DNA from: a virus
Taxonomy: Duplodnaviria > Caudoviricetes
Length of the DNA: 46,378 bases
IMG/VR virus record: IMGVR_UViG_3300033109_000079
Coordinates: 1 to 46,378 of that record
Strand: one strand, 5' to 3'
Below are positions 18,666 through 27,355 of the stretch, in pieces (position 1 is the first letter of the stretch; each line of letters opens with the position of its first letter). The position numbers were made by a program, and so were the translations under genes. The notes below the pieces were generated by a model. It saw nothing but the letters and a program-made list of their open reading frames with translations, was not told the origin of the DNA and searched no databases.

Positions 18666-19143
18666 AGATCAGCTCTCCATCTCTACCATTCAACAATAAG
18701 CATTCCGCCTCCCTGCGAGCAACCAACCCAGGCAGGACTCGTCCTCCCCCATAAACCCAACGCCGGAGTTCCACACCTGCCGCGCCCCAGTTCCGCTGGC
18801 TCACCCGCCGCCGCAACGTCGACGTCTGCAGCCGCCCCGCCCCAAGGTTGAAAGTGAAGTCCACAATGGCTGCGAGCCGCCCCTTCGTCTCGGTGGCCAG
18901 CACCGGGCAGTAGCGCAGCGTTGCCGCCAAGGCTGTTTGCAGATCGCGCGCCAGATAGACCTCGGCATCCGCTTCGGTGATTGGCGGATGCTTCTGATCA
19001 CACAGGTGGCCGTAGCCAATCGTCCAGAACCCTGCAGGGCAGACGTAGGGAACGGCGGTGATCTCAACCCCACGCTTCACCTTGCGCTCGAACCCTTCGA
19101 AGCGCTTCGCCAGATCGATGGCCGCTTTCGGAACTACGATCAC
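18634..19143 (-). CDS. Phage endolysin, GH24 lysozyme
   Basis: KRFEG...PYVCPAGFWTIGYGH, AIVDFTFNLGAG, STLRR and LPGLVARREAE. Confidence 0.93.
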   Translation of the reverse strand: MIVVPKAAIDLAKRFEGFERKVKRGVEITAVPYVCPAGFWTIGYGHLCDQKHPPITEADAEVYLARDLQTALAATLRYCPVLATETKGRLAAIVDFTFNLGAGRLQTSTLRRRVSQRNWGAAGVELRRWVYGGGRVLPGLVARREAECLLLNGRDGELIYEFGTFPTRP

Positions 19144-19616
19144 GGCCGCACCCGGTCAAACACGCGCCCGAGGAACCAGAAGTTCAGTACTCCGGCCCAC
19201 AGCGCCTGATCGGCCTCCGTCCAGGCGTGCAGGATCGCCGTGCCCCAACCGGCACCGGCGGTGACGGCAGCCGCAAACGCCGCCGTCTTGGCCGCGCAGT
19301 AGAGCGCCATAAACCAGTAGGTGATCACCGGTCGCACGCTGATCGACAAAGCATCGGCCCAGCGTACGCCGGAACGCTGCCCCTGTGCCTCAACCGCCTC
19401 GCGCAAGGCATCGATGGCCCCGGTATTCCACTCCGCATCGGCGGCGGCACCGATCTCTGCCATCCGTTGCGCCCCGCGCAGCTTCTCAAACTCCAGTGCC
19501 TTGTCCTGCATCGCCAGTTCGTGGCCGCGCTCGCCTTTACGGTCGAGCCATTTGAGGACTTCAGGCGCAAGACGGAATGCCCCGCCGAGGAAACCACCAA
19601 GCAGTGTCTCGATCAT
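19140..19616 (-). CDS. Membrane protein of lysis cassette (holin candidate)
   Basis: 158 aa with a hydrophobic N-terminus, SVRPVITY followed by a TM segment, and a C-terminal NFWFLGR. Translationally coupled to the lysozyme. Confidence 0.6.
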   Translation of the reverse strand: MIETLLGGFLGGAFRLAPEVLKWLDRKGERGHELAMQDKALEFEKLRGAQRMAEIGAAADAEWNTGAIDALREAVEAQGQRSGVRWADALSISVRPVITYWFMALYCAAKTAAFAAAVTAGAGWGTAILHAWTEADQALWAGVLNFWFLGRVFDRVRP

Positions 19617-19906
19617 TGCCCACCTCCGAACAGTTTGAGTTTCAGGAACGCGCCGGCCAGCAGCGCCATCACCAGACCTGTGACCAGCATCTTCACGACG
19701 GTCAGGCCAGCGGTTTTCTTGGCCTCGTTGAAGGCATCGAGCAGGCCGCGCAGCTCGCGGATGTCATTTGCCGCATCCGGCCCTTCGAGTCCGACATCGG
19801 CAAGCGCGTGCCGGGCACCGCGCTCGGCGGCGCGCTCCAGGATCGCCTCGAACTCTTCCTGCGGGATGGTCACCATCTTCCGGCGCTCCATTTGGGTGGA
19901 ATCCAT
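19613..19906 (-). CDS. DUF6127-like small protein with C-terminal TM helix (lysis cassette)
   Basis: EEFEAILERAAERGARHALADVGLEGPDAANDIRELRGLL plus a hydrophobic tail. The ATG at 19906 follows GGAGG. Confidence 0.7.
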   Translation of the reverse strand: MDSTQMERRKMVTIPQEEFEAILERAAERGARHALADVGLEGPDAANDIRELRGLLDAFNEAKKTAGLTVVKMLVTGLVMALLAGAFLKLKLFGGGQ

Positions 19907-19925
19907 GTTTTCGTCCTCCAGAAAT

Positions 19926-19950
19926 GCAAAGCCCACCTCGTGGGTGGGCT
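19926..19950 (-). terminator. Terminator-like hairpin upstream of the lysis cassette
   Basis: AGCCCACC-N5-GGTGGGCT stem at 19930-19950, followed on the minus strand by TTGCATTT. Confidence 0.45.
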
Positions 19951-19979
19951 CGCGGGTGTGAAATCGGTTTGTCTGGGGG

Positions 19980-20216
19980 CTACGGCTTCTTGCCACGCCC
20001 CTTGGTCTGTAGGTTTCCGGCCTTCCTGCTGGCCACGACGGCAGCGCCGCCTACCAGCCGGCGCATGGCCAGGGCCCGCTGCTTCGGATGGACATCACCG
20101 CGCTCGATGGTGTCCTGTGCCTCGGCCAAGGCCAGCAGCGTGTCCTTGTCGGGCCCATCGGGCAGGGCGTCGATGGCGGGCCGCACCCGCTCCAGAAATG
20201 TCGTCGCTTGCTTCAC
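19980..20216 (-). CDS. Hypothetical phage protein (78 aa)
   Basis: GTG start with GGAGG RBS, co-oriented with the late operon. Confidence 0.6.
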   Translation of the reverse strand: MKQATTFLERVRPAIDALPDGPDKDTLLALAEAQDTIERGDVHPKQRALAMRRLVGGAAVVASRKAGNLQTKGRGKKP

Positions 20217-20236
20217 TTCGATTCCTCCAATTGTCG

Positions 20237-20455
20237 TCAGACGGGAAACACCTGCTTGGCCACCGGGGCCTTGGTGGCGATGCCGTTCTTGATCTGCACG
20301 CGGTCGCCGACGGCCACGCCATCGAGCGTCCGGGCGGTGACGGCACCCCGCTCGGTGGCCACGCGCACGACCGCCCCGTCGATGCCGACTACCGCGCCGA
20401 CCATCGGCGCATCCGTGACCAGCAGACGGGATAGTTCCTTCAGCGCAAAACTCAT
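20237..20455 (-). CDS. Hypothetical tail-module protein (72 aa)
   Basis: Beta-rich small ORF with a 4-nt overlap with the upstream gene. Confidence 0.7.
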   Translation of the reverse strand: MSFALKELSRLLVTDAPMVGAVVGIDGAVVRVATERGAVTARTLDGVAVGDRVQIKNGIATKAPVAKQVFPV

Positions 20456-20748
20456 CGCGGCTGCTCCAGGGTGAGTTGGGTTTCGATGGCAGCCTCCGAC
20501 ACCGTGACCTGGATGCCGGTCACCTTGGCGCGATACGGGCTCGCCGTGGACGGGTCGGTCGCCTCGACGATCTGCCCAAGCCGAATTCCCGGCCGGAATA
20601 CCACCGCCATCTCGACCCGGTTGAAGGCGTGAGCATTGGCATCCATCTCGGCCACGCCCCGATGGATCAGCGAGTCGTCGGCTAGTAACGGCTCGACGAT
20701 GGGCGAACCCTCGCGCGCACCGTCACCACGGTAGACCTCGATGATCAC
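20452..20748 (-). CDS. Hypothetical tail-module protein (98 aa)
   Basis: Coupled at both ends. FRPGIRLGQIVE...KVTGIQV resembles the C-terminal motif of tail hub proteins. Confidence 0.7.
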   Translation of the reverse strand: MIIEVYRGDGAREGSPIVEPLLADDSLIHRGVAEMDANAHAFNRVEMAVVFRPGIRLGQIVEATDPSTASPYRAKVTGIQVTVSEAAIETQLTLEQPR

Positions 20749-21251
20749 GATGCCGTCCCCTTGATCAGGGCCAGGATCGAGAAATCCGTCTCGCCGTTGA
20801 GCGTCGAGGGTGACGAGAGAGCGTAGACCAGCGCCAGGGCGTCGTAGGTGACCTTGGCCACCGCCACGCCCTTGCTGGATGCCTTCACCGTGACCTTGTC
20901 GGATTGCAGCGTGAGGCCGCCGAGGCTGCGCCCGTACCAGACCGACTGCGAGAGACTGGAGCGAGCCGGCTTGCCGAGCGTCGCCGTATCGGAATCCTCG
21001 AACATCAGTTCCTCTGTCACCGTCACCACGGCACTCCCCTGCGCCGAAAGCGATCCGGCCGAGCAGATCGTGTCGGTAATGCTGACGTTGTCGGACTTGT
21101 AGACGAGGATGTAGGCGGTTTCGCCCGGGCTGAAAGAACTGCGGCCGCCATTCAGACCATCGGGTCGAGTGTCGACCTCGGCAGAGAGATGACCGTCCGA
21201 ACCCGAGCCGTCCGGGTTGCCGAATTGAACGCGAATGGTGGCATTGGCCAT
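20745..21251 (-). CDS. Hypothetical virion protein (168 aa)
   Basis: Ser/Thr/Val-rich beta-type sequence within the coupled tail operon. Confidence 0.7.
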   Translation of the reverse strand: MANATIRVQFGNPDGSGSDGHLSAEVDTRPDGLNGGRSSFSPGETAYILVYKSDNVSITDTICSAGSLSAQGSAVVTVTEELMFEDSDTATLGKPARSSLSQSVWYGRSLGGLTLQSDKVTVKASSKGVAVAKVTYDALALVYALSSPSTLNGETDFSILALIKGTAS

Positions 21252-21260
21252 GATGTGTCC

Positions 21261-22796
21261 TCAGGCATCGACCAGCACGAACTGCACTTCCTCGTCGATG
21301 GGAAGTGCGACGCGCCAGTCGAGTGACGTGGTGGTGTAGGTGATTCGAAGCAGGCTGTATCCGTTCGTGGCCGTCGTCAAACTCTGGCCCGAGGTGGTCA
21401 CGTCGCCCAGCCCGGTGTGCTGCCAGGCGAGATTCACGATGGCGGTCACTGGGTATCGTGTGCTCGCCTGCCCCTCGATGAACTCGACCGTCTCACTCTC
21501 GGTGCGGATGACTACGCCGAGGCTCGCGATGACCGTGGACGGATGCCCGGTGTGGACCAGCACCACCGAACGCTGGCTGGCGAGATAGGCGCGCACCGTG
21601 CCCCGATAGGCATCATCGGCGTCGGCTACGTACTCGATGCGGTCGGCGGACGAACCCGCACCGCCTTCCTCGTTGGCGATGGTCGCCCGGTTGTAGCCGC
21701 GCATCGGGGCGATCTGCGCCTGTGCCGACATCACGTCGGCGTCGAACAGGCTGTGCGCGACTGTGGCAACGCCGTACTGCGGGATGCTCACCGGGTGTCG
21801 ACGGCGGCAGACCACCGTGCCATCCGGGTTGCTCTCGACGATGCCGCCGATGGCCGCGACGATGTTGCGGGCAGCCGCCAGCGGAGTCGCCCCTTCCAGC
21901 ATCAACCGGCCCACCGGAATGATCCAGTCGGGCAGTTGCCAGTCGACCGAACCGATCAGGAACTCCACCGTCGCACGCGCGGAAACCGCACCAGCCTCGT
22001 AGTAGCGGATCGTGCCGGCGAAGGGTGCGTCGAACAGCGCCACGGGTGAGACTGCCGTCAGTTCCATCCGTTGATCGGCGACTGAGGCACGCGACAGCGT
22101 CTTGCCATCGACCACCAGCACGAAGGTTTCCAGCCCCAGGGCAAGGGTGATCGTGTCGCCGATGCCGATGGCGGCGAAGTCGGTGATGGCCGCGATCTCG
22201 ACTCGTGCGATCCAGACCGGACTCTCCTCGTCGCAGGAGAGGGTCGCCTCGACGATGCGGATGCGCTGGTCGTGCCAGACGAGTTCCGGGCTGTTCACCA
22301 CCGCCTGCAGGCGGGCATCGTCGAGGATCGACCAGGACGCCGTCAGCCGCTTGGCGACCGGGTCGACATTGGTCACGTCGTACCCGAGTACCTGCCTGGC
22401 CGAGACTGCTTGGGTCAGCCAATACGCAGCCTGCATCGATTTTCGGCAAGTACCGAGATCGGTGTACGGGATGACGTGGCGAGCCTTGGTCTGATGCACA
22501 TCGCCCCAAGCCGCCAAAATGCTCCGGCGGTGCTGGCGCATGTCTCCGTAGGGGTGCCGGCTCCCACCTTCCAGCCGCAGTCCGTAGGGTGACTGGAGGT
22601 TCTGCGCGAAGCGGATCGACCAACTTTCCGCGTGCTGCCACGCGCGCTCCCGAGCCAGTTCCCACGCTGTGGCATTGGCCACGAAAACTTCCGTCTTGCC
22701 CCACGCGGCCTCGAAGCGTCGCTTGAGAACGGTCGGGCCGGAATCCGCGTACAGCCCCGCCCCCAGCGTGATGGCGAGCGAGATGCCGAGGGTCAT
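21261..22796 (-). CDS. Putative tail tip/hub protein (511 aa)
   Basis: Position in the tail module. TPLAAARNIVAAIGGIVESNPDGTVV is a baseplate-hub-like segment. Confidence 0.6.
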   Translation of the reverse strand: MTLGISLAITLGAGLYADSGPTVLKRRFEAAWGKTEVFVANATAWELARERAWQHAESWSIRFAQNLQSPYGLRLEGGSRHPYGDMRQHRRSILAAWGDVHQTKARHVIPYTDLGTCRKSMQAAYWLTQAVSARQVLGYDVTNVDPVAKRLTASWSILDDARLQAVVNSPELVWHDQRIRIVEATLSCDEESPVWIARVEIAAITDFAAIGIGDTITLALGLETFVLVVDGKTLSRASVADQRMELTAVSPVALFDAPFAGTIRYYEAGAVSARATVEFLIGSVDWQLPDWIIPVGRLMLEGATPLAAARNIVAAIGGIVESNPDGTVVCRRRHPVSIPQYGVATVAHSLFDADVMSAQAQIAPMRGYNRATIANEEGGAGSSADRIEYVADADDAYRGTVRAYLASQRSVVLVHTGHPSTVIASLGVVIRTESETVEFIEGQASTRYPVTAIVNLAWQHTGLGDVTTSGQSLTTATNGYSLLRITYTTTSLDWRVALPIDEEVQFVLVDA

Positions 22797-23659
22797 AGCG
22801 GCTCGGCGTCCGGATCGTCAAACTGAGGCGGGGCCGGCACGGCGTAGGGCTGATCCCACTCGTCGCCGATCATCGCGATCCAGCCTGGCACGACGACCTC
22901 TTCCTGCGCGTAGCCGTCGGTGAGGATCAGAATCTCGTTGAACTCGCCGAGAATGCAGGCGCTGATGCCACCGTCCCGATTCGGGAACTGCGGCACGGCC
23001 ATCTTGGGAATCGGCGACCCGGCGTGGCGTTTGGCGTTGAAGCTCCATCCTTCGCCGAAAGGTGACCAGGTGCCTGTCCAGGGGTACATGTCGATCACCC
23101 CGTCCTCGTCCTTCGCGTAGGCCGGCTCCCAATCACCCCAGGCATCCCAGATGCCGTAACGGGCGCACAGCCCCTGGTGGGTGTCGGACGGATAGCGCCG
23201 CGAGGTCGCGCCGGCAGCAGCGAAGCGCATCGACACGCCGGTGGCGCTGTTGGTGTCGACCTGGCTGGCATGCAGCCACCACCATCCGGCCGCGCCGTCG
23301 GCGGCGAACCAGACCGTCATCTCCGGCGAGGGATTGCCGACCCACGCGGAATGCACGATGGTGTAGCTGTGGGCGTAGGCCGCCTCGTCGAGATAGTCGT
23401 TGCCGTAGACCGGGTACGCGAAGATCGCCCCGTAGGGGTCTTGATCCTGGAAACTGAACGCCCAGTGCGGAACATCATCGTCGGCGGTGCCTGCCGGCGA
23501 ACCGAGCCGGATGAAGTCGATGCCGTCGATGGTGTCGAGCAGCACGTTGAACCCGGCGTTCGTCACGTAGGTCTTGAGGTGCGCGAACAGAGTCTGCACG
23601 GCGGCCTTGTCGAAGGTGCCGGCAGCCCACGTTTTCTTGAAACCGACCCGGGGCATCAC
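22793..23659 (-). CDS. Hypothetical Trp-rich tail-module protein (288 aa)
   Basis: Coupled ORF with phage-like codon usage. Confidence 0.7.
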   Translation of the reverse strand: MMPRVGFKKTWAAGTFDKAAVQTLFAHLKTYVTNAGFNVLLDTIDGIDFIRLGSPAGTADDDVPHWAFSFQDQDPYGAIFAYPVYGNDYLDEAAYAHSYTIVHSAWVGNPSPEMTVWFAADGAAGWWWLHASQVDTNSATGVSMRFAAAGATSRRYPSDTHQGLCARYGIWDAWGDWEPAYAKDEDGVIDMYPWTGTWSPFGEGWSFNAKRHAGSPIPKMAVPQFPNRDGGISACILGEFNEILILTDGYAQEEVVVPGWIAMIGDEWDQPYAVPAPPQFDDPDAEPL

Positions 23660-24666
23660 GCACTCTCCCCGTGAATAGCCAGCGACGTGAAGTCGTTCGC
23701 CAGGCTGAATGTCCCCGCCGGCACCTGGCGGCGATACCAGATCGGGATCGCGGCAGGCTGCGTCGCAAAGGTCACCGTGTCATTCGTCTGGAACGTGCCC
23801 GCCCAAGCGATAGCCTTGATGGTGAAGTACGGCGTACCGGTCGCCGGGTTCAGCGGCGCGTAGTCGGCGCTGACCGACCCCGGGCTGACCAGGGTGCCGA
23901 CCGTGTTGCCCGACACCGTGAAGGTGGTGGCGCTGGTGAAGGTGAGCGTCCAGTTTTCCTCCACCGCCCCCTTGTTGTGGGCGACGAGGTTGCCGACGGT
24001 GGCGTAATCGAAGCTGCCGCCCATGCTGGTAACGGCAATTCCAGACCAGGCCGCCACGACGCTCGGTAGCTCAAGGGCGCTAGACACCAGTGTGTTCGCC
24101 GTGGCGTAGTTGTTGGCGATGGCAGGCGACACATCCACCGTGGCGAAGTCCGCCCCGTAGGCGATGCCGGTGATGCTCGCCCACTCCTCGTTGCCGGCCC
24201 CGCCGGTGCTCGGTCGATCCGAAACACGCAGTACGTCGCCGATGCGGAACGGCTGCAAGGTGGCGTACTGCCCATTGTGCTCGCAGGCCACCTGTATCTG
24301 AACCGCACCGCCGACGATGGGTGCGTAGAGCGTGCCGATGCCGTAGGGGCGGCCGCCGACCTGATCCTCGGTGTCGGTCTGGGTGCCAAGATGGAACACC
24401 ACGAAATCACCTGCGGGCGTCAGGGCATCGAGAAACAGGCGGGTGTTCAGGAGCGCGGTGTCCTGCGCGCTGTTGATGTGCACGAACGCCTTGCGCCACT
24501 TGGTCGAACCGGCGGTGCGCTCGGACTGGGAAACGTCCGGGAAGAGGTTGTTCTTCACCCCGGACACCAATTGCGAGAGCGTCATCCGCCCGCCGTTCTG
24601 GGCGGGCACGGTGTCTGACATCAGGGCAGCGGGCCGCCAGATGATTTCATTGTCGAGAATGGGCAT
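23656..24666 (-). CDS. Putative tail tip structural protein (336 aa)
   Basis: N-terminal NGGRMT...GVKNNLFPDVSQSERTAGSTKWRKAF motif, of the kind seen in siphophage tail proteins following the distal tail protein. Confidence 0.65.
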   Translation of the reverse strand: MPILDNEIIWRPAALMSDTVPAQNGGRMTLSQLVSGVKNNLFPDVSQSERTAGSTKWRKAFVHINSAQDTALLNTRLFLDALTPAGDFVVFHLGTQTDTEDQVGGRPYGIGTLYAPIVGGAVQIQVACEHNGQYATLQPFRIGDVLRVSDRPSTGGAGNEEWASITGIAYGADFATVDVSPAIANNYATANTLVSSALELPSVVAAWSGIAVTSMGGSFDYATVGNLVAHNKGAVEENWTLTFTSATTFTVSGNTVGTLVSPGSVSADYAPLNPATGTPYFTIKAIAWAGTFQTNDTVTFATQPAAIPIWYRRQVPAGTFSLANDFTSLAIHGESA

Positions 24667-24675
24667 GGTTTCCTC

Positions 24676-25056
24676 TCAAACGGTCATGAGCTTCAGGGTG
24701 GCGAGGTAAAAGTCGCCGGGTTGCGGATTGGCCAGCGGCACCAGCGGCTTGGCCTCGAAAGCAGGTGCGTCGTGATGGCGGAACATCACCTGCCAGGTCT
24801 GGCCGCGCAGGGTGAGCGTGTAAAGGCCGCCGGGGCTTGCCGCCCGCAGCGCGATGAACTCCACCTGGGTACGGGTCAGCCAACCGGCGTCGGGTTGCGA
24901 TTCGAGCGTGATGGGCAAGCCGGCGCGCAGTTCGCCGTAGAACACGACGAGCCCGCCATCAAGGGTGCGGCGCACGGTCTGCGCCACCGTCGACGCGGCC
25001 CATTCGTCGGACCAAAGGAGATCCACCGGCAAGGAAATGCCGTCCAGAACGATCAT
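24676..25056 (-). CDS. Distal tail (Dit-like) protein (126 aa)
   Basis: LPVDLLWSDEW...VAQTVRRTLDGGLVV...GLPITL...YLATLKLMTV, located near the tape measure gene. Confidence 0.65.
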   Translation of the reverse strand: MIVLDGISLPVDLLWSDEWAASTVAQTVRRTLDGGLVVFYGELRAGLPITLESQPDAGWLTRTQVEFIALRAASPGGLYTLTLRGQTWQVMFRHHDAPAFEAKPLVPLANPQPGDFYLATLKLMTV

Positions 25057-25066
25057 CGGAGTTCTC

Positions 25067-27355
25067 CTACCAGTAACCCATCAACATCACGTCGACGGTG
25101 TCGGCGCTGCTCGTTTCCTTGATCAGCGTGAGCGCCTGGATGTAGCCGGCCCGGTCGCTCACCGAGGCGCTGGCAAACCACCACGCGACGTTGGCCGTCA
25201 GGTAAGGCTTCTTGACCGTGGTGTATTGAAAGTTGCGCCAACCCCACTCGGGGCGATACTGCGGACGCAGGTAGGTATCGACGAGATAGCTCTCCAACTC
25301 GTCAGCACCGCCACCGGGCCAGGTCTCGAACACCGTGACCCATTTCTGGTAGTAGGGCGACCACATCGGCCGCCCCGCCGCCACGGACAGGGTCAGATAG
25401 CGACCGTATCGCGCGATGGCCGTGCTCAGGTCGAGACCAATGCTGCTGCTCCCGTTTCGGGGCTCCCAGATCTCCGGGTTATTGGACACCTTGTACTCTG
25501 CCGTCCACTCGACGAAGCCAAGGAAGGGCACCTGATCGAAATAGGTCGGGTAGTCGATATTGCCGAAACGTGGGTCGCGCACATAGGGCACCTCTGTTCC
25601 GGGCGCTTTGCGCACCGGCATCGTCAGCAACAGCCGGTTGGTGTCCACCGTCGAATCCCAAGGGCTGTGCCAAACCTTGTCGCCGTTTTCCAGATAGCCA
25701 GCCAGCAAGAAGGCGTACTGTTCCGGGTTGCTGGAAATCTTGTACCCAGGGGGCGGCCAGCTGCCGATGTTGGCATAGGGGCTCACAGGGTTGCCGTTGC
25801 TGTCGTGTTGGGGGCCATAGATCCCGTCGGCAAACTGGTTCAGCGGTGCCGGATAGGCTTCCTGGGCAACGAACAGGCGCCAATGCAGATCGCGCAGGGG
25901 CCAATCGCCGGTTTCCACGATGTGCATCGGCACCAGGATCGAGATCGGGCCGCTCTCCGAATGCGCGCCGAGGTTGCGCACCACCCACACCGCCGGCATG
26001 TAGAAGTGCATCACGTTGTCCTGCCAACTGGTGCGATCCCCGATGCCCGACAGGAAGGGCGTGACGATGCAGGCCGCGAAGTGCAGCTCGTTAACCACCT
26101 TGATCGTGAACCGCACGCCGAAGCCGGGCACCGGCTCGATGCCGATGATGCGGAACGAGGCCTTGGTCGCACCCACCGTGTACACCGTGACCGTTTCGTC
26201 CACACTCGCGATGCCGGTACTGACGCCCGGAACGTAGGGGGTGGTCATCAGCGGCGTGATCGACGAGACGCCGCTTTCGACCTGGACGCCGTTGTAGAGC
26301 ACGCTCAAGGCGGTTGGCATGCGCTTGAAGTCATAGACGCAGACCCGGTGATACCAAGTGCCGTCCGCTTCGCCGGTGGCGGCGAGATCGCCGGGCAGAT
26401 AGTGGTAGAAGGGCTGATCGGCAGCGTAGCCGCCCAGGCCGACCGGGTTCCATCCGGCATAGGTCTCCAGCCACTGTTCCAGCACCCAGGACTGGCCGCT
26501 CTCGACGTGGGTGTACTCGACGAACATGTGCCACCCCTGGCCGCGCTGTCCCTCGGGCGCATTCCAGTTGTAGGGCACGGAGGTCTGCACCTGTAGCGAT
26601 CCGAGGTTGAAAGGCTCGGATCGCGCGACGAGGCTTGCCGGCGGTGCCGGATTGCTGATTACCTTGAAACTCACCCAATGGTCGAAGACCTTTTGGCTTC
26701 GCACCCGCGCTTCCATACGGAAGAAGTTCTGCACGTTCCACAGCGACCAGCCGTTGAGCGACCAAGCGATCATGACCTTGGCCCCCTCCCACGGGCCGAT
26801 GCCGCTCCAGTAGGTGCTCGGCTGGCCGGAGAACTCGACGACGGTGTTCTGCGGGTAGTAGTTGATGCCCATCTTGTCCACTTTGTTCAGGAAGTGGAAC
26901 GGGATGGATGGGCACGGCGTCGGCGGGGGTGGCGTGGATCCCGGTGCGAACGGTACGGAGATCCGCGCTGAGATGCCGTTTGAAGCCGAATCGTCACGGA
27001 CAATGCCGCCGCCGGCCAGACGGCTCGCCACTGCCAGGCGCAGCCCCGGCTCGGGTTGCGTCTGGCCAGCGTAGCGCCCCGACTCGCAGCTCGACCATTG
27101 CTGGTACTGCTGCTGATAGGCGGTATTGGCGATGCGCTGCTGCTCGCTGCTGAGATATCCGGGACGGCTGTTCCAGGGAATCTGCTCGATCCACTGGTAG
27201 ACCTCCCGGTCGCAATCGTTCATCACCGAATAGAAATCCGGCCACGGGCAGACATAGAAGCGCGCCACGGCGCTCGCTTGCGAAGGCCGCCCATTGGGAT
27301 CGGGCGGTGCATCGGGATTGCTCGGCGCGATGACCGGCGTTTCCTCCTTCATCAC
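25067..27355 (-). CDS. Large hypothetical aromatic/Pro-rich protein (762 aa)
   Basis: Long ORF with GC-rich third positions and a 4-nt overlap with the tape measure stop. No motif recognised. Confidence 0.75.
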   Translation of the reverse strand: MMKEETPVIAPSNPDAPPDPNGRPSQASAVARFYVCPWPDFYSVMNDCDREVYQWIEQIPWNSRPGYLSSEQQRIANTAYQQQYQQWSSCESGRYAGQTQPEPGLRLAVASRLAGGGIVRDDSASNGISARISVPFAPGSTPPPPTPCPSIPFHFLNKVDKMGINYYPQNTVVEFSGQPSTYWSGIGPWEGAKVMIAWSLNGWSLWNVQNFFRMEARVRSQKVFDHWVSFKVISNPAPPASLVARSEPFNLGSLQVQTSVPYNWNAPEGQRGQGWHMFVEYTHVESGQSWVLEQWLETYAGWNPVGLGGYAADQPFYHYLPGDLAATGEADGTWYHRVCVYDFKRMPTALSVLYNGVQVESGVSSITPLMTTPYVPGVSTGIASVDETVTVYTVGATKASFRIIGIEPVPGFGVRFTIKVVNELHFAACIVTPFLSGIGDRTSWQDNVMHFYMPAVWVVRNLGAHSESGPISILVPMHIVETGDWPLRDLHWRLFVAQEAYPAPLNQFADGIYGPQHDSNGNPVSPYANIGSWPPPGYKISSNPEQYAFLLAGYLENGDKVWHSPWDSTVDTNRLLLTMPVRKAPGTEVPYVRDPRFGNIDYPTYFDQVPFLGFVEWTAEYKVSNNPEIWEPRNGSSSIGLDLSTAIARYGRYLTLSVAAGRPMWSPYYQKWVTVFETWPGGGADELESYLVDTYLRPQYRPEWGWRNFQYTTVKKPYLTANVAWWFASASVSDRAGYIQALTLIKETSSADTVDVMLMGYW

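Noticed and set aside
22793-27355. Diversity-generating retroelement target or invertible tail-fibre cassette
   Set aside because: No reverse transcriptase or invertase in the window, and I saw no template/variable repeat pair or flanking inverted repeats by eye. A self dot-plot would settle it.
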